From contig NC_069001.1 in assembly GCF_001194135.2 (NCBI RefSeq), positions 23,880,831 through 23,944,830 of the forward strand: 64,000 bases of DNA, read 5' to 3'. Below are positions 13,542 to 26,779 of this stretch, piece after piece (positions within the stretch are counted from its first letter, which is position 1; the number at the start of each line of letters is the position of its first letter). A program made the translations under genes and the position numbers. A model generated the notes under the pieces. It saw only the letters and a program-made list of their open reading frames with translations, was not told where the DNA came from and made no database searches. The DNA is from Octopus bimaculoides. Its lineage: Eukaryota.

Positions 13542-13718
13542 CTTCAAAAGAAGGTTATGATGATTGTTTGGTGGTGAACTGCTGGACTCATCCACTATAA
13601 CTTCTTAAAACCTGGAAAAACCATTACTGCAGAAATATATTGACATGAAATTGCCAAAATGAATGAAAAACTGCTACTTCTCCATCCAAGACTGGTCAAC
13701 AGAAGAGAGCCAATCATT
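13542..13718 (+). pseudogene. mariner transposase catalytic-domain fragment
   Basis: Translates to LQKKVMMIVWW*TAGLIHYNFLKPGKTITAEIY*HEIAKMNEKL...RLVNRREPI, a typical mariner segment. Confidence 0.75.
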
Positions 13719-15110
13719 GGATTGGATTTGGTAGACAGAAACTGAAGGAAGCCCCAACCTCTATGTATATATATCTATGTGTATGTGTCTTTGCATCTGT
13801 GTTTGTCCCTCCGCTATCACTTGACAAGTGATGGTGTGTTTTTTGCACCAATAACTTAGCGGGACTGAACCTGGAACCATTTCAAACCACTCAGCCATAC
13901 CTGCAATTGTTAGACATGGTGCATAGCCTGGGAATACATGCATGATATTATAAATGTATATAATCGCAGTATGAGTATAATTCGTCCATAACCAAGCTCG
14001 TCTTATGATTTACTCATTTTACAAATCTATTTTCCCCATTGAAATTAACTAAAATATAATTAATCTGTTCCAGCCCACCAAGACCAATCAAAAATAATTT
14101 TCTATTGGTTTTAAAACAGAAATGGTGTAGTTACAAGTAAAATGACAATTATAAAAAAGAGAATGTAAAACAAATATGTAAACTAGTTTTATTCACGGAA
14201 TTACCTTAAAGGTGGGATGATTTGTATGCTCATGCTGTAGATATCCGCTCGTATTTCAAGACAAAAATTTGGACGGGTCTTGGCTTGTACAGTAAATTAT
14301 TTATACAATTAGACACTTGTACTGTGAGGTTCTGTTGTATATATATATATATTTATATGTGTAGGTGTCTTTGTGTTTGTTCTCACTACTTATCAACTGG
14401 TGTTGGTTTGTTTACATCCCTGTAACTTAATTGTTTGGCAAAAGTGACCAATGAAATAAGTACCAGATTTAAATGAAAAAATTACTGGGGTTGATTCATT
14501 TCATCAAACCCATCAAGGCAATGCCCCAGCATGGCCACAGTCCAATGACTGAAACCTGCAAAAGGTAGGAAGCAACAGGTATATGACATGATGGTCATGA
14601 CTGGATCTTCTTTGAGCATAGTACTGCTCAATGAAGATTGACCTGGGTCCAATAACAATAACCATAAAGTGTGTAGATGGATGTATTGAAAGTGAGCCAA
14701 GCCTCAAATGATTAAAAAAAGAAAAGAAAAAGAGACAGCAGAAACGTTGAGCTCAGACAATGTCTGAACATGACAGGATGATAAAAGTTTGGTGTTGTAC
14801 AAACTAATAGAAGAATGAATTGCCAAAGAAGAAAAATGTTGGCTAAGAAAAGTTTAAATCCCAGCAGAATATATAATATTATTGGCTGATGTACCTATGT
14901 ATGTTATGTGGTTAAATGGATAGCTAGAAGGAGAGTGAGAGTGGGGAGAGAAAGGGTGAGAGGGAAAGAGAGAGGGGTGAAAAAAGGAGAGAGAGGAGGA
15001 GAGAGTGAAGGAGAGAGAGGAAAGAATAGCATTTAGCAGAGGTTGTGTGGTAATAGTGAGAGGTTGAAGGGTTGAAGGAAAGGAAAACTATTGTGTAGTT
15101 AATGGTTAGT

Positions 15111-15152
<42 letters not shown>

Positions 15153-15384
15153 GGAGTGTATAGCAGAAGCAGTGTAGGAGGAAGGATTGTGGTAGCAGTG
15201 AGAGGTAAGAAAAAAAGGGACACAATTATGCTTTGTGGTTAAATGGTTAGTAAAAGGAAGGGGTAAAAAGAGAGAGAAAGAGAGAGACAAGTGTGTTTAC
15301 CAGAGAGGACAGAGTAGTGGTCAGAGGTAGGAGAAAGAGAACATTATTTGCAGATAATAAACATGCTCACTCATAAACACATTT

Positions 15385-15765
15385 GATACAGTGGTTGCAA
15401 ATTTTGGCACAAGGCCAGCAATGTCTGGGGAGTGGTTGAATCAATTATGCCGATTCTAGTGCTCAACCGGTAATTATTTTATCGACCCTGAAAGGATAAA
15501 AGGCAAAGTAAATATTGGTGAAATTTGAACTCAGAATGTAAAGGCAGATGAAATGCTACCACTAAGCATTTTGCACAGCATGCTAACGGTTCTGTTAGCT
15601 TGCCACCTTAGGGAACAGCTATAATAATGGTTTCAAATTTTGGCCCAAGACCAGCAATATCAGGAGTGGGGTAAATCAATTACATCGACCCCAGTACTCA
15701 ACTGGTACTGATTTTAACGATCCCAAAAGGATGAAAGGCAAAGCTGATCTCAGCAGAATTTAAAC
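15385..15765 (-). mobile_element. two decayed family B SINE copies
   Basis: Repeated CGACCC(T/C)GAAAGGAT(A/G)AAAGGCAAAG...ATTTGAACTCAG blocks. Confidence 0.7.
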
Positions 15766-15782
15766 TCAGAATATTGTTGGCA

Positions 15783-16156
15783 CTCTGTCGCTTACGACGT
15801 CGAGGATTTCAGTTGAACCGATCAACGGAACAGCCTGCTCGTGAAATTGACGTGCAAGTGGCTGAGCACTCCACAGACACATGTACCCTTAACGTAGTTA
15901 TCGGGGATATACAGCATGACACAGTGTGACAAGGCTGACCCTTTGAATTACAGGCAGAACAGAAACAGGAAGTAAGACTGAGAGAAAGTTGTGGTGAAAG
16001 AGTACAGCAGGGTTTGCCACCATCCCCTGCCAGAGCCTCATGGAGCTTTAGGTGTTTTCGGTCAATAAACACTCACAACGCCCCGTCTGGGAATCGAAAC
16101 TGCGATCCTATGACCGTGAGTCCACTGCCCTAACCACTGGGCCATTGCGCCTCCAC
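15783..16156 (-). mobile_element. tRNA-derived SINE (family D), near full length
   Basis: A box TGGCCCAGTGG (16134-16144) and B box GTTTCGATTCC (16090-16100) on the - strand, a distinct body, and a CpG-rich 3' end. Confidence 0.82.
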
Positions 16157-17607
16157 ATTCAGAATATAAAGACAGACAAAATGCCATTATGCATTTTATA
16201 TGTAGTGCTAATGATTCTACCAGCTTGCTGCCTTAGCAATGAGGACTATAATAAACGGTATAGCTGTGGTAGCATCATTGATATGTTTATTGGTTAATCA
16301 TTGTGGCAGCATGGTTTCTAAGTGGGATAAGACAAAGACTGTAATTCTCTTTTAATGAACTATTTTTTTTTTAATTGTCAATCACTTAACACCTGTGCTT
16401 TAGCGTAATTGCTTGTCATCTGTTAATTCTTTAACAACAAAGTCATATAGTTGTTTAATATTATCGACAGCTTATATCTTTATTTTGTTATAGAGCAGAG
16501 GTTCTCAATGTAGGTGGTACCACCCCCGCAAGGATGCGCTTGGAAATGGAGGAGCCATTGGGCTTTATGGGGCAGTGAGGCAACATAATTAACATACTGA
16601 ATTTTATTTATCATAGTAATTATATTATATGCAGGATTCATTGTGGCATCAATTTCTAACTAAGCAATTAAATAAATTTGTAATAAGTCAAAGAGGAGAT
16701 TTATAACTTCTTTTGACTAACATCAAACCTGATGTAGGGAATTTAGCCAGATCTCATCAGGCAGAAGGAAGTCATTAACTTGCAATGTACAAAGTAAATT
16801 TACCACTTTTGTCTTTATTAATTCTTTATCATTCCACTGCTAGAAGCTTAATTGACATGGCAACCAAATACTTTGAAGCGACCAGAAGAGAAAAGGAAGA
16901 AATGATATGAAAAGAGAGAAAGGCTTAACAAAATTAACCTCATCTTCTATCAGCATTACCATGTAGTCGATGCCATTGACTTACCAATGCTACAATTGGT
17001 TTACTTAGTTGTTAATACCATTACCGTAAAAGAAGCATTCAGTGTAGAAGAAATTAAATTCTTGGATATGAGTTAAAGCTGACGTGTAAGCCTTCCCCCA
17101 TGCATCTTCTCAATTTCCACTGCAGGCAATATTTTTATGAAAACAAATGTTGAAATAATTATGATACAAATATTTGTTTAAAAGCCACCAACTGGTCAGT
17201 GGTCTGCATATCTTCTGTCTTTTAGTTATTTCAGTCACTGGACTGTGGCCAGGTTGGAGCTCTGCCTTGAAGGGTATAGATGAATTAATCAAACCCAGTA
17301 CTTATTTTTAAGTCTGATATTTACTCTATTGGATGTGCTTTGCTGAACTGCTAGGTCACAGAGATGTAAAATAAACTAACACCAGTGGTCAAGCGATAGT
17401 GGAGGACAAACACAATTATACTTACACATACATACTCACATGTATATCATCATGATCATTACGATGATCATCATCATTTAATACCTGTGGTCCATGCTGA
17501 CATGGGTTGGACCTGAGCTGGCAAGCTGGGGTTAGGGGGCTGCACAAGACACCCATCTGATTTGGCATGGTTTCTGCACACACACTCACACACGTACAAA
17601 TATATAT

Positions 17608-17639
<32 letters not shown>

Positions 17640-17960
17640 ACAACAGCAACAACATTTTAACGTTTATTTTCCACACTGGCATGGGTTTGCATGACTTGAC
17701 ATGAACTGGCAAGGCTAGGGACCACACAAGGTTCCATAGTCTGTTTTGATTTGGTTTCTACAGCTGGATGCCCTTCCTAATGTCAACTACTTTTCAGGCT
17801 GTACTGGATACTTTTATGTAACACCACCCCCAGTGCTTTTTCCATGACTGCAGCACCCACACCACTACGTTTTACATAACACCTTGGCTTTAGAATCTCA
17901 ATTGTGTTGAGATGTTTCGGATTTCTTGAGTACAGCAATGTGCCACATTTCTTGGCACAA
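17640..17960 (-). mobile_element. RTE 3'-UTR-derived repeat (family C)
   Basis: CAGCTGGATGCCCTTCCTAATG block with an adjoining (CAT)n tract, which is the (GAT)n tail on the - strand. Confidence 0.6.
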
Positions 17961-19081
17961 TGGCAGACAAAAAAATATAAGAAGGATATAAACCTATAGT
18001 AGGAAGAAATTTTATAAATTCTTTGGGTTTCTTAAGATTTTGTTTTCATCTACATTCTAAAATATCATCTAGACATACTAAATTTGTTTCTAGTTCTTTT
18101 TCCTCTCAACCACCCCCATCCATGCTCTGTTTGGTTGTTATTTGTGGGGTTTGTTTCCATTATTATATTACACCATGTTCTTTTTTTTTTTTTTTTGCAA
18201 TAATTTAGTCTCTTCAGTTCTTCATCATTTTAGACATTTTTTATGTGTTTTACTTTTCTTATTTTTTCAGTACTTGAAGTTCATTTCTTATATTACTTCC
18301 TTTGCCAAAATTCTTCCCATCCTCTGAATTAATTTTGTTGTTGTTGTCGTTGTCATTGTTGTTGTTCTTCTTTTTCTTCTTCATCTTCTTCTTCTTATTC
18401 TTCCTAACTAGTGCTTTTTTTTATGCCATCTCCAAAATAAAGACACACACACACACACACACAAACACACTAAATATCAATAATGCCAGTATTATTTACC
18501 ATTATCCAAACTCTGCTGGAACTTCTGTATAAACAGAGAAATAACCATGAGGATTATGATGCTGATGATGATACGATCAGCATCATCGCCACCACCTCCA
18601 TCTCCACCACCATCATCATTCATATACAATTTTTTTTTAATCAAAAGTATAATGTAATATAACAATAATTTTTTTTTTTCTGGGTTGAGGGCAAGGAAGG
18701 ATGGTCTTGTTATCCCAGTTCTCTAAATTCCCAGAGTTCTAGAAGTTCAATGCAGACCTTTTATTGCGTTGTTTATTCAGTTCATACACATAGACATTCA
18801 CGCATATATACCCACATATATATAGTGTAAAAGATACCGATTTCATAAACAGAGACACGCAGACACATTTGTTTGCATACAAAAATATTATATCTATACA
18901 TTTGCATATGTGCATACACATATATACGTGTGTATGCAGATACAAACAAACGCACATGCATATATATAGTATGTGTGTAAGTATATATGTATATATATAT
19001 ATGCATATATATATATATATATATATGTATGTATACGTGTGTGTGTGTGTATGCTTGTATGTATGTGCATGTATGTATATA

Positions 19082-19120
<39 letters not shown>

Positions 19121-20128
19121 GCATATATATATATGTATGTATGTGTATATATATGCATATATATACATACATATATATATATATATATATNNNNNNNNNN
19201 NNNNNNNNNNNNNNNNNNNNNNNNNNNNNNNNNNNNNNNNNNNNNNNNNNNNNNNNNNNNNNNNNNNNNNNNNNNNNNNNNNNNNNNNNNNNNNNNNNNN
19301 NNNNNNNNNNNNNNNNNNNNNNNNNNNNNNNNNNNNNNNNNNNNNNNNNNNNNNNNNNNNNNNNNNNNNNNNNNNNNNNNNNNNNNNNNNNNNNNNNNNN
19401 NNNNNNNNNNNNNNNNNNNNNNNNNNNNNNNNNNNNNNNNNNNNNNNNNNNNNNNNNNNNNNNNNNNNNNNNNNNNNNNNNNNNNNNNNNNNNNNNNNNN
19501 NNNNNNNNNNNNNNNNNNNNNNNNNNNNNNNNNNNNNNNNNNNNNNNNNNNNNNNNNNNNNNNNNNNNNNNNNNNNNNNNNNNNNNNNNNNNNNNNNNNN
19601 NNNNNNNNNNNNNNNNNNNNNNNNNNNNNNNNNNNNNNNNNNNNNNNNNNNNNNNNNNNNNNNNNNNNNNNNNNNNNNNNNNNNNNNNNNNNNNNNNNNN
19701 NNNNNNNNNNNNNNNNNNNNNNNNNNNNNNNNNNNNNNNNNNNNNNNNNNNNNNNNNNNNNNNNNNNNNNNNNNNNNNNNNNNNNNNNNNNNNNNNNNNN
19801 NNNNNNNNNNNNNNNNNNNNNNNNNNNNNNNNNNNNNNNNNNNNNNNNNNNNNNNNNNNNNNNNNNNNNNNNNNNNNNNNNNNNNNNNNNNNNNNNNNNN
19901 NNNNNNNNNNNNNNNNNNNNNNNNNNNNNNNNNNNNNNNNNNNNNNNNNNNTCTGTACGTGTGTGTGTCTGCCTGCCTTTACCTTTCTCATTTCTCTATT
20001 TCTAAATAATAAAATTACTATATTTTTTCTTTTTTCATTTTCTTTTCATTACATGCTTTTTTTCTTACTGTGTTCGTTTTTCAATCCCCCCCCCCACACA
20101 CTTTATTCTGCACACACTGTTTCCTTAG

Positions 20129-20153
20129 TTTATTGAACTCAGTAGACAATAAC
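20129..20153 (+). CDS. candidate 25-nt micro-exon (xLLNSVDNN)
   Basis: ctgtttccttAG acceptor and consensus GTAAGT donor; the only open frame is phase 2 to 0. Confidence 0.4.
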
Positions 20154-20479
20154 GTAAGTTAGTTTAATGAAATTTTCCGTATAAAACTGTTTAATCTGTA
20201 TTTCCAGTTTTGTTATTGTAATAGTCATTGTTGTTGTTATTGTTGTTGTTATTGTAGTTATTACTTAGCCCAAAGTCACTCCTCACTGAGCAGACCTATG
20301 AACAAAGCCTTCTGGCCTTCTCTCTCCTCTCTTATATTTAAGAATAGCGTGTCGCCACCAGCAACATTTATCCAATACCTTCATCTTGGTGTTTGTCTCT
20401 CTTAAATGGTAGTTTATTGTTTGGGGGACATTTAGCTTGTAACTTCTAGTAAGTTGACTAACCAAGGAGTTGCACCCTT

Positions 20480-20900
20480 GCTGTAATATTAATATCTAGA
20501 TGTGTTTTCATCATGACCCTTTGAATACAAATAGGCAAAGGGCCATGGTGAATGCTTTTCACACAAGAAACCTGAGGAAAATATATCAGATATCCTATAA
20601 CGACTAAGTTTCCAATGACACTTTGTACCAAATGGCTGATGAAAAGCAAATGAGCTCAAGGATAAAGGAACACTTACTGAAACGGATTGGTCACCAACTG
20701 TAACACCCATCCAATGAATGCTTTCGACAGTGCTTGCTGCTTGACACTCTACAAGGTGGAGAGCACAAGAGGAAATGACCAAGAATGACTTATGATTTGT
20801 ACAGACTGTGTGATGTCACTCAATGAAATACTTTTAGCAACTGAAGATGGAAATGAGTGGAAAGCCTTAGAAGACTATGTCTGCCAATGACTGACTATGC
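20480..20900 (+). mobile_element. highly decayed RTE-clade LINE 3' end
   Basis: NAFHTRNLRKIYQISYND*VSNDTLY and SLNEILLATEDGNEWK remnants of the RTE thumb and C-terminus. Confidence 0.55.
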
Positions 20901-21367
20901 CCTTCGCCACTCCCTATTATTCATATTTCTTTGCTGAATTTTGAATGATAAATATTGATTGACGTTGTACTCTAGCCGCAGTCAGGCCAATGCTTTGTGA
21001 ATGAATGTGGTAGGCCAGCTCGAGGCCCTTTTTCCGCTGCTGTTCCATTGACCCAAATGCCAGGGAGACAGTAACCAAGGACTGCCCAAAGTGGTGGCAT
21101 GTCACGCTCAAGGAAGTGAATCAGATGGAAAATAACGGGTGTGAAGAGGCAGAGATCAGACATAGAAAATGTAAAGAGTGAATGCACTGTCTCATCTCCC
21201 ACCAACCCTCCTGCGATACTTGTCCCCTGGTTCTTCTATACCACCCTTAGCCTGAACAGCCACCTCAGGAACTTGTGCTGTTTGCACCCATCAGGATGAA
21301 GAGGCTCAATTGTTCACTGTTAATTAACTACTCAGATATGAGTTGATGTTGTCAGTGCTGCCAATCT

Positions 21368-21745
21368 ATGTATGCGTATATGTATGTATGTATGTATTTA
21401 TTCATGCATGCATTTACGTATGTGTGTGTTTATGTGTGTATGTATGTGTGTGCATGTATGTGTGTCTGTCCGTGTGTTAGTGTGTGTGTGTGGTGTCTGT
21501 ATATGTCTGTGTGTGTTTGCCAATGTATGTATGTATGTATGTACGTACGTATGTATGTGTGTATGTATGTGTGTCTGTCTGTGTGTTAGTGTGTGTGTAT
21601 GTGTGTGTGTGGTGTCTGTATATGTCTGTGTGTGTCTGCCAATGTATGTATGTATGTATGTATGTATGCATGTGTTTATGTGTGTATGTATGTGTGTGTG
21701 TCTGTTTGTGTGTTTGTGTGGTGTCTGTATATGTCTGTGTGTTTC
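21368..21745. repeat. compound (TG/TA/TATG)n array with an approximately 115-120 bp higher-order unit
   Basis: GTGGTGTCTGTATATGTCTGTGTG recurs near 21490, 21609 and 21718. Confidence 0.8.
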
Positions 21746-21789
21746 TGGAACCCTTGTTGTCATAACCAATGAAGTGCCAATATGTTCCT

Positions 21790-22110
21790 GTCTATTTCTT
21801 AACTGCTCCTTATTTTTTACTCAGTCTACTTTGAGGCTTTTTACTTCTAAGTTTTGTCCCCACATTTGGAATTTCTCTTCAAATTCCACAACAGATTCAA
21901 CTTTGTGAATGATGTTGTCAGGACATAGGAATACCCATGGGCAGCTAATCTTAAGCTCCTTTATTATGACATAGGGGATAATAGTAAATAAAAGAGGACT
22001 AAGACCTGAACCCTAATGGACACCTAGCTGCTCCCTGCAAATTCATTACTCTATTTATTGCTGATCCTTATCTGACAGCATTTCTGTTTGTGGTTTGCAT
22101 ATCCCTAACA
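21790..22110 (-). pseudogene. RTE-clade reverse transcriptase fragment
   Basis: - strand QLGVH*GSGLSPLLFTII...SCPWVFL.PDNI and KFQMWGQNLEVKSLKV, resembling the GVHQGSVLSP and YADD region. Confidence 0.72.
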
Positions 22111-22142
22111 GAACATTCCCATTATTTTGTTTTTGTTTTCAG

Positions 22143-22164
22143 GGCATTAAGGACAAAATGGATG
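22143..22164 (+). CDS. candidate 22-nt micro-exon (GIKDKMD+G)
   Basis: Long T-rich tract ttttgtttttgttttcAG with an upstream CTAAC, and a GTAATA donor; phase 0 to 1 is open. Confidence 0.33.
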
Positions 22165-23287
22165 GTAATATCAGTTGATGTTGTTTAATAATGAATACAA
22201 ATAATTTAGGTTTGTTTGAAATGTTGACTGCATCCCAAAGAAGCACCCAGAAAAATAAGGATATGGTAAATATCAGAGAAAAAGTATTGTAACAAGTTTG
22301 CCAATTGTAGCAACTTGGAAGGCTTGTTTATGTGTTTTGGAACATAATTTCTTTGCTACATTAACCATAAAGTGTTCATGCAATACAAGAAAAGGAACAT
22401 TCAGATGAAACAACATATATGACAAATGCACAAAGTATTTGTTAGAAATTGAGCATTTGAGCTAATTATTACACACCAAACACAGTGCTTTAGTGTGTCT
22501 TCTTCAATCATTCCAGGTTGAATATGCAGCTGTGAAAACAGCTGAGGAAAGTGGATGCCAGTGGGAATTGATCAATCTGAGAGTGACAAGAGTGGAGAAT
22601 GTCTTGGCAGCTCAGACGTCTTGACACTCTGCAAAATTTGACTGTATTTATAGGCTGTGTTAATGGAAAATCTAGACAAGCCACTGAACTGTCATGTGAA
22701 AAACAGCCATTGATTGGATAACAATTAGGTTTGTGGACATGATAGGAATATGATTTCTATGTGGCAAAATGTGGCATTGATTCCAATTGCTACAATATCA
22801 AACACAAGACTTAAGCACATTTTTTTATTAAAAATCCCCACCCTTACTCCCACCCCACCAAGTTAGACCTGTTTGCCATTCTTAGTCAATGTATTTTGGA
22901 GAAAGGAGAATGTATCATTGATATCCATGAAACTCTCTCAATAAAGCTGCTTATTTAAGATGGCCACTAAAATATGGCAATGAAATAATTTATGAATTAT
23001 TTAAATGACATATAATAATGAGAAGGTAATAAAAGAATTGATGGTAATGAAATACAGCAAATGAGATGATAATAAAAAAGCTAATAAAATGAAGCAATAT
23101 AAGATGGTAATAAAAGGAATGATAAAAATATTTAAAATGAAGGAAACCACTGAGAGTAAATGAGGTACTTGTTAACTCTGAATTCAAAGTATGAGAACTT
23201 AGAGGAGAGACACATTGAAGCAAAAAAAAAAAAAAAAAAGAAATGCTATTTTTGATAAGGTTATGCTTACAAAGTCTTGGTTTTCAG

Positions 23288-23293
23288 CACATT
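23288..23293 (+). CDS. candidate 6-nt micro-exon (CACATT)
   Basis: gtcttggttttcAG|CACATT|GTAAGT, with TGC motifs upstream; symmetric length. Confidence 0.3.
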
Positions 23294-23380
23294 GTAAGTA
23301 ATAACCCATTGATGCTCCCGCTGTCTATTCTAGTGATACTACTATGATCTCTGCTTCACTGAACTAGTAATTTATTTGTA

Positions 23381-23507
23381 TGGGAGAATTCACAAAAAAA
23401 ACAACAGATGAAGACAGGTGGTGTAAACAACAAATGGATGTATTAGTATAATGCTCGGGAATAGAGAAAGTCTTTAATGTTTTGAGCCTACGCTCTTCAG
23501 CAGAAAG
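23381..23507 (-). mobile_element. second family P2 Penelope-like fragment with a decayed hammerhead-like motif (23472-23507)
   Basis: - strand CTTT-CTGCTGA-A-GAGC(GTAG)GCTC-AAAAC-AT-T-AAAG. The GAAAC-to-AAAAC and GT-to-AT changes are CpG-type decay relative to 115-149. Confidence 0.5.
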
Positions 23508-23879
23508 TACCTATCTACTGATAATTTATTTTTAACTCTTCCTGGGAATCCCTTCATGTAGCTCCCTTTCCCTTTATTTGTCTATCTTATTGTACACTAT
23601 CCTTTTCCTTAATTATGCTGCCCATGCCTTTTAATTAAGAACCCTACTCATTTGGAACTCTTCATATCTGTTCCACTATCAACTTCTTAAGCATTCGATT
23701 ACAAATCTGTCTTTCTTTGCCCTCTTCCTCGAAGACTCTCAACACATTATTAACTTTACTCTGTGCTCTTAAGCAAATAAGAAACTAGTTCTTTTAATTC
23801 CTGGCATCAGGGACATTCCAAGAGTGAAGAAGTACATTAATTGTGGCTTGAAAATTGTGAAGAAAATATAAACAATAAG

Positions 23880-24270
23880 TGCAAGCATGGCTGTGTGGTA
23901 AGAAGCTTGCTTCCCAACCACATGGTTCCAGGTTCAGTCCCATTGTGTATCATCTTGAGCAAGTATCTTTTGCTATATCCTCATGCCAAACAAAGCCTTG
24001 TGAGTAGATTTGTTAGACAGAAACTGAAGGAAACCTGTTATATGTGTGTGTATGTATGTCTTTGTATCTTTGTTTGTCCACTACCATCGCTTGACAACTG
24101 ATGTTGGTGTGTTTATATCCTTAGAACTAAGCAGTTTGGCAAAAGAGATAGATAGAATAAGTAGCAGACTTTAAAAACAAAATATGAAAGTACTGACATT
24201 GATTCATTCAACTAAGAATTTTTTAAGCCGTTGCTCCAGCATGGCCACAGTCTAATGACTGAAATAAGTA
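23880..24270 (+). mobile_element. full-length family A CORE-type SINE
   Basis: Head, CORE-like block, microsatellite middle and tail are all present. Confidence 0.78.
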
Positions 24271-24332
24271 AAAGATATATGTTTAAAATCAATGACTTCC
24301 ACATACTTTACCAAGTTTTCTTTGTACTTTAG

Positions 24333-24404
24333 CGATATTATAGCTCCAGAGTGCATCCGTAATGTTCTGTATTTGTTCATTTATTTTCTGAGTGAGATGA
24401 AACA
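24333..24404 (+). CDS. candidate 72-nt exon (xDIIAPECIRNVLYLFIYFLSEMKx)
   Basis: ttttctttgtactttAG acceptor and GTAAGT donor; only the phase 2 frame is open; symmetric length. Confidence 0.35.
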
Positions 24405-26779
24405 GTAAGTTCAGCATTACTAATATTATTCCTCTGGAGGTGAAAGTGCCTTGTGAAAAGGGTAATTGTCATCTTTGAGGTGGCATGGTAAATTGTTTTG
24501 GGACCTATTTCAAGGGAAAATAATGTTGTCCCTATTGCTAGGAAATTCCTAGCATGGGACAATACCCATGGACTTGCAGGATTTTTAAAATCATGAGATT
24601 GATGCAGCTGATGTTCATTTAGAACTGACATTAATGTATATATCTTGGGGGAAAATGTAGATAGGGGGATAGACATGGAATTCCAAAGGGTTGCAGTCTA
24701 TTTTGAAAGGATATTGGCCTTTCTGACATGTCTTGACGTGTGTGATCTTTGCAAACAAAAGCTCCTTAAACGATGTTTGTTTTCAGTTTCCCACTTCAAA
24801 CAATGTTTGAGCTGTTGAATCGATGTGGAGTACTTTACTTGGAAACAAATGGGATCTGACATCAAGAACCTACCCTTGTCTGATCCACACATTGGAAAGG
24901 AAGATGCTGGTTAGGAAGGGCATCCAGCTGTAAAACCCTGCCAAAACAGATGCAGCAGCATGGGTAATTTTCCTACCTGTCTGGCTTCTGTCAACCATCC
25001 TACCCGTGCATGCATAGAAGATGGACATTAAACAGTGATGATGATGATGATGATAATATATACATACACACACACACACACACACACATGTATGTATATT
25101 TCAGCCATGTATTGACACAGATGCTTTACTTGGCCTATTCTCTTCTTCTTTCAGGACATGTTCGAAATGTCACATTTGACTTTTGTTGTTTTTCCTGTTT
25201 CCGTTCTTATTTTTGGTTTGCCTTTATGATATAATGTGTATCATATTGTATACAGTATATATATNNNNNNNNNNTATATATATATATATATGGCAGATAC
25301 TGGTGTGATACAAATGGCACTCATGCTGGTGCCACATAAAAGCACCCATTACACTCTCAGAGTGGTTGGTGTTAGGAGGGGCATTTAGCCATAGAAAACC
25401 ATGCCAAATCAGTCTGAAGTCTAGTGCAGCCCCTCAGCTTATCAGCCCTAGTCAAACTGTCCAACCCATGCCAGCATGGACAGCAGATATTAAACAATGA
25501 TGATGATGATGACACACGTCTACATAGACAAATGGAGGTATATCAAATACCATACAACATAAATTCCTTATGTTAAAGTTATCTCTGCAATTCAAAAGAG
25601 CTCCACCTAAAAAGGGGAGATAATCTGAAGATTCAAGAGTTTTCTAAAGCTGACATGGCCAGTACAGAAAAAAAAAACAGGTTTATTGTCTGGAAAGCCT
25701 ATGAGCCATCCTCCAGGAAGACTTTGAGCCTAGCTCATGTAAATAACTGTTGAGTCTCTAGTGAAAGTAAGACTACAAACTGGAAGAACTAACAAAAAGA
25801 TGGAGACATGAACCAACAGCAATAATTCTCTATTTGCATAAATAAAATTGATGCAAAAATTTGTCAAGACAAATTTCTTCTAATCTTCTGGAGTTTTAGT
25901 ACCATTGATTTTCAGCAATTTATCCATTCTAAGACATCCCTGATCTTGTTGAATCAAAACTCCACTGGGGTTTTTTTTCTACCTTTTTAATGGAATCCAC
26001 AGGTTTTCACTATTTTCTGGCTTTTGATATTTTTCAATATCATTTTACCTTACTTCTAATCTTGTTTTGCCAATTTTCTCTCTTGATATCAATATGTAAA
26101 AATTTCCTAATGCTGTTTCACTGAAAATAAATAAGTGTTCCCATCTGTGAATCTAATTTGAATTTTAAAAACAATTTCAAAGAAAATTTGAGTTGGTTCA
26201 TAGTAGAAAAGAAAACCTTTATTTCCATTCTGAAAATAGACTCAGTATGAGGAAAGTAACTTTCACTTCATGTTCTATGTTGCCTAGAGGAAAGGATTTG
26301 ATACATAACAAAGTTGCTGCTCAGAGACATACCAAACTAGCATGAAGATTGCTTTACTGTCAAAACAAATGTTAAGTTTAAAAAGTTCTAAAGATGTTGA
26401 TTATTCGCAATGGTTGTCATTCAATTTCTGAATAGTGGATATAAGTATATTTTTTGCCAATCATATTCCTGCTTGTTTGCTTTCTATGCTTCCATTGTTT
26501 GCATTTTGCTAACCATAAGGACTAGAAGTGCTATAAGGATGCCTGAATTTGTGCTGCACACCAGTGAGACACTGTAGCATGGAAACAATTGGTTAAAATA
26601 AATACATGAAAATGAAATTAGAATTAAATTAAAAATTATATTTACAGAGTGCAATGGGTAAATTGTCGCCATTATATATGAAATTACACACATACACATT
26701 GCTTGTTTTTGATTTTATTGACTACACAGTATAGTAGGGTCAGTTGGGCACTATCTGTGAGGAAAACAGCAGCATGACA

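Noticed and set aside
20430-20449. 13-nt exon-like segment with GTAAGT (also one near 8110-8125)
   Set aside because: Weak acceptors within or beside decayed repeats; chance matches.
22210-22265. 56-nt in-frame exon candidate (GLFEMLTASQRSTQKNKDM) and the open stretch after 22530
   Set aside because: It would need a 45-nt intron with a poor pyrimidine tract, and the second stretch has no convincing donor.
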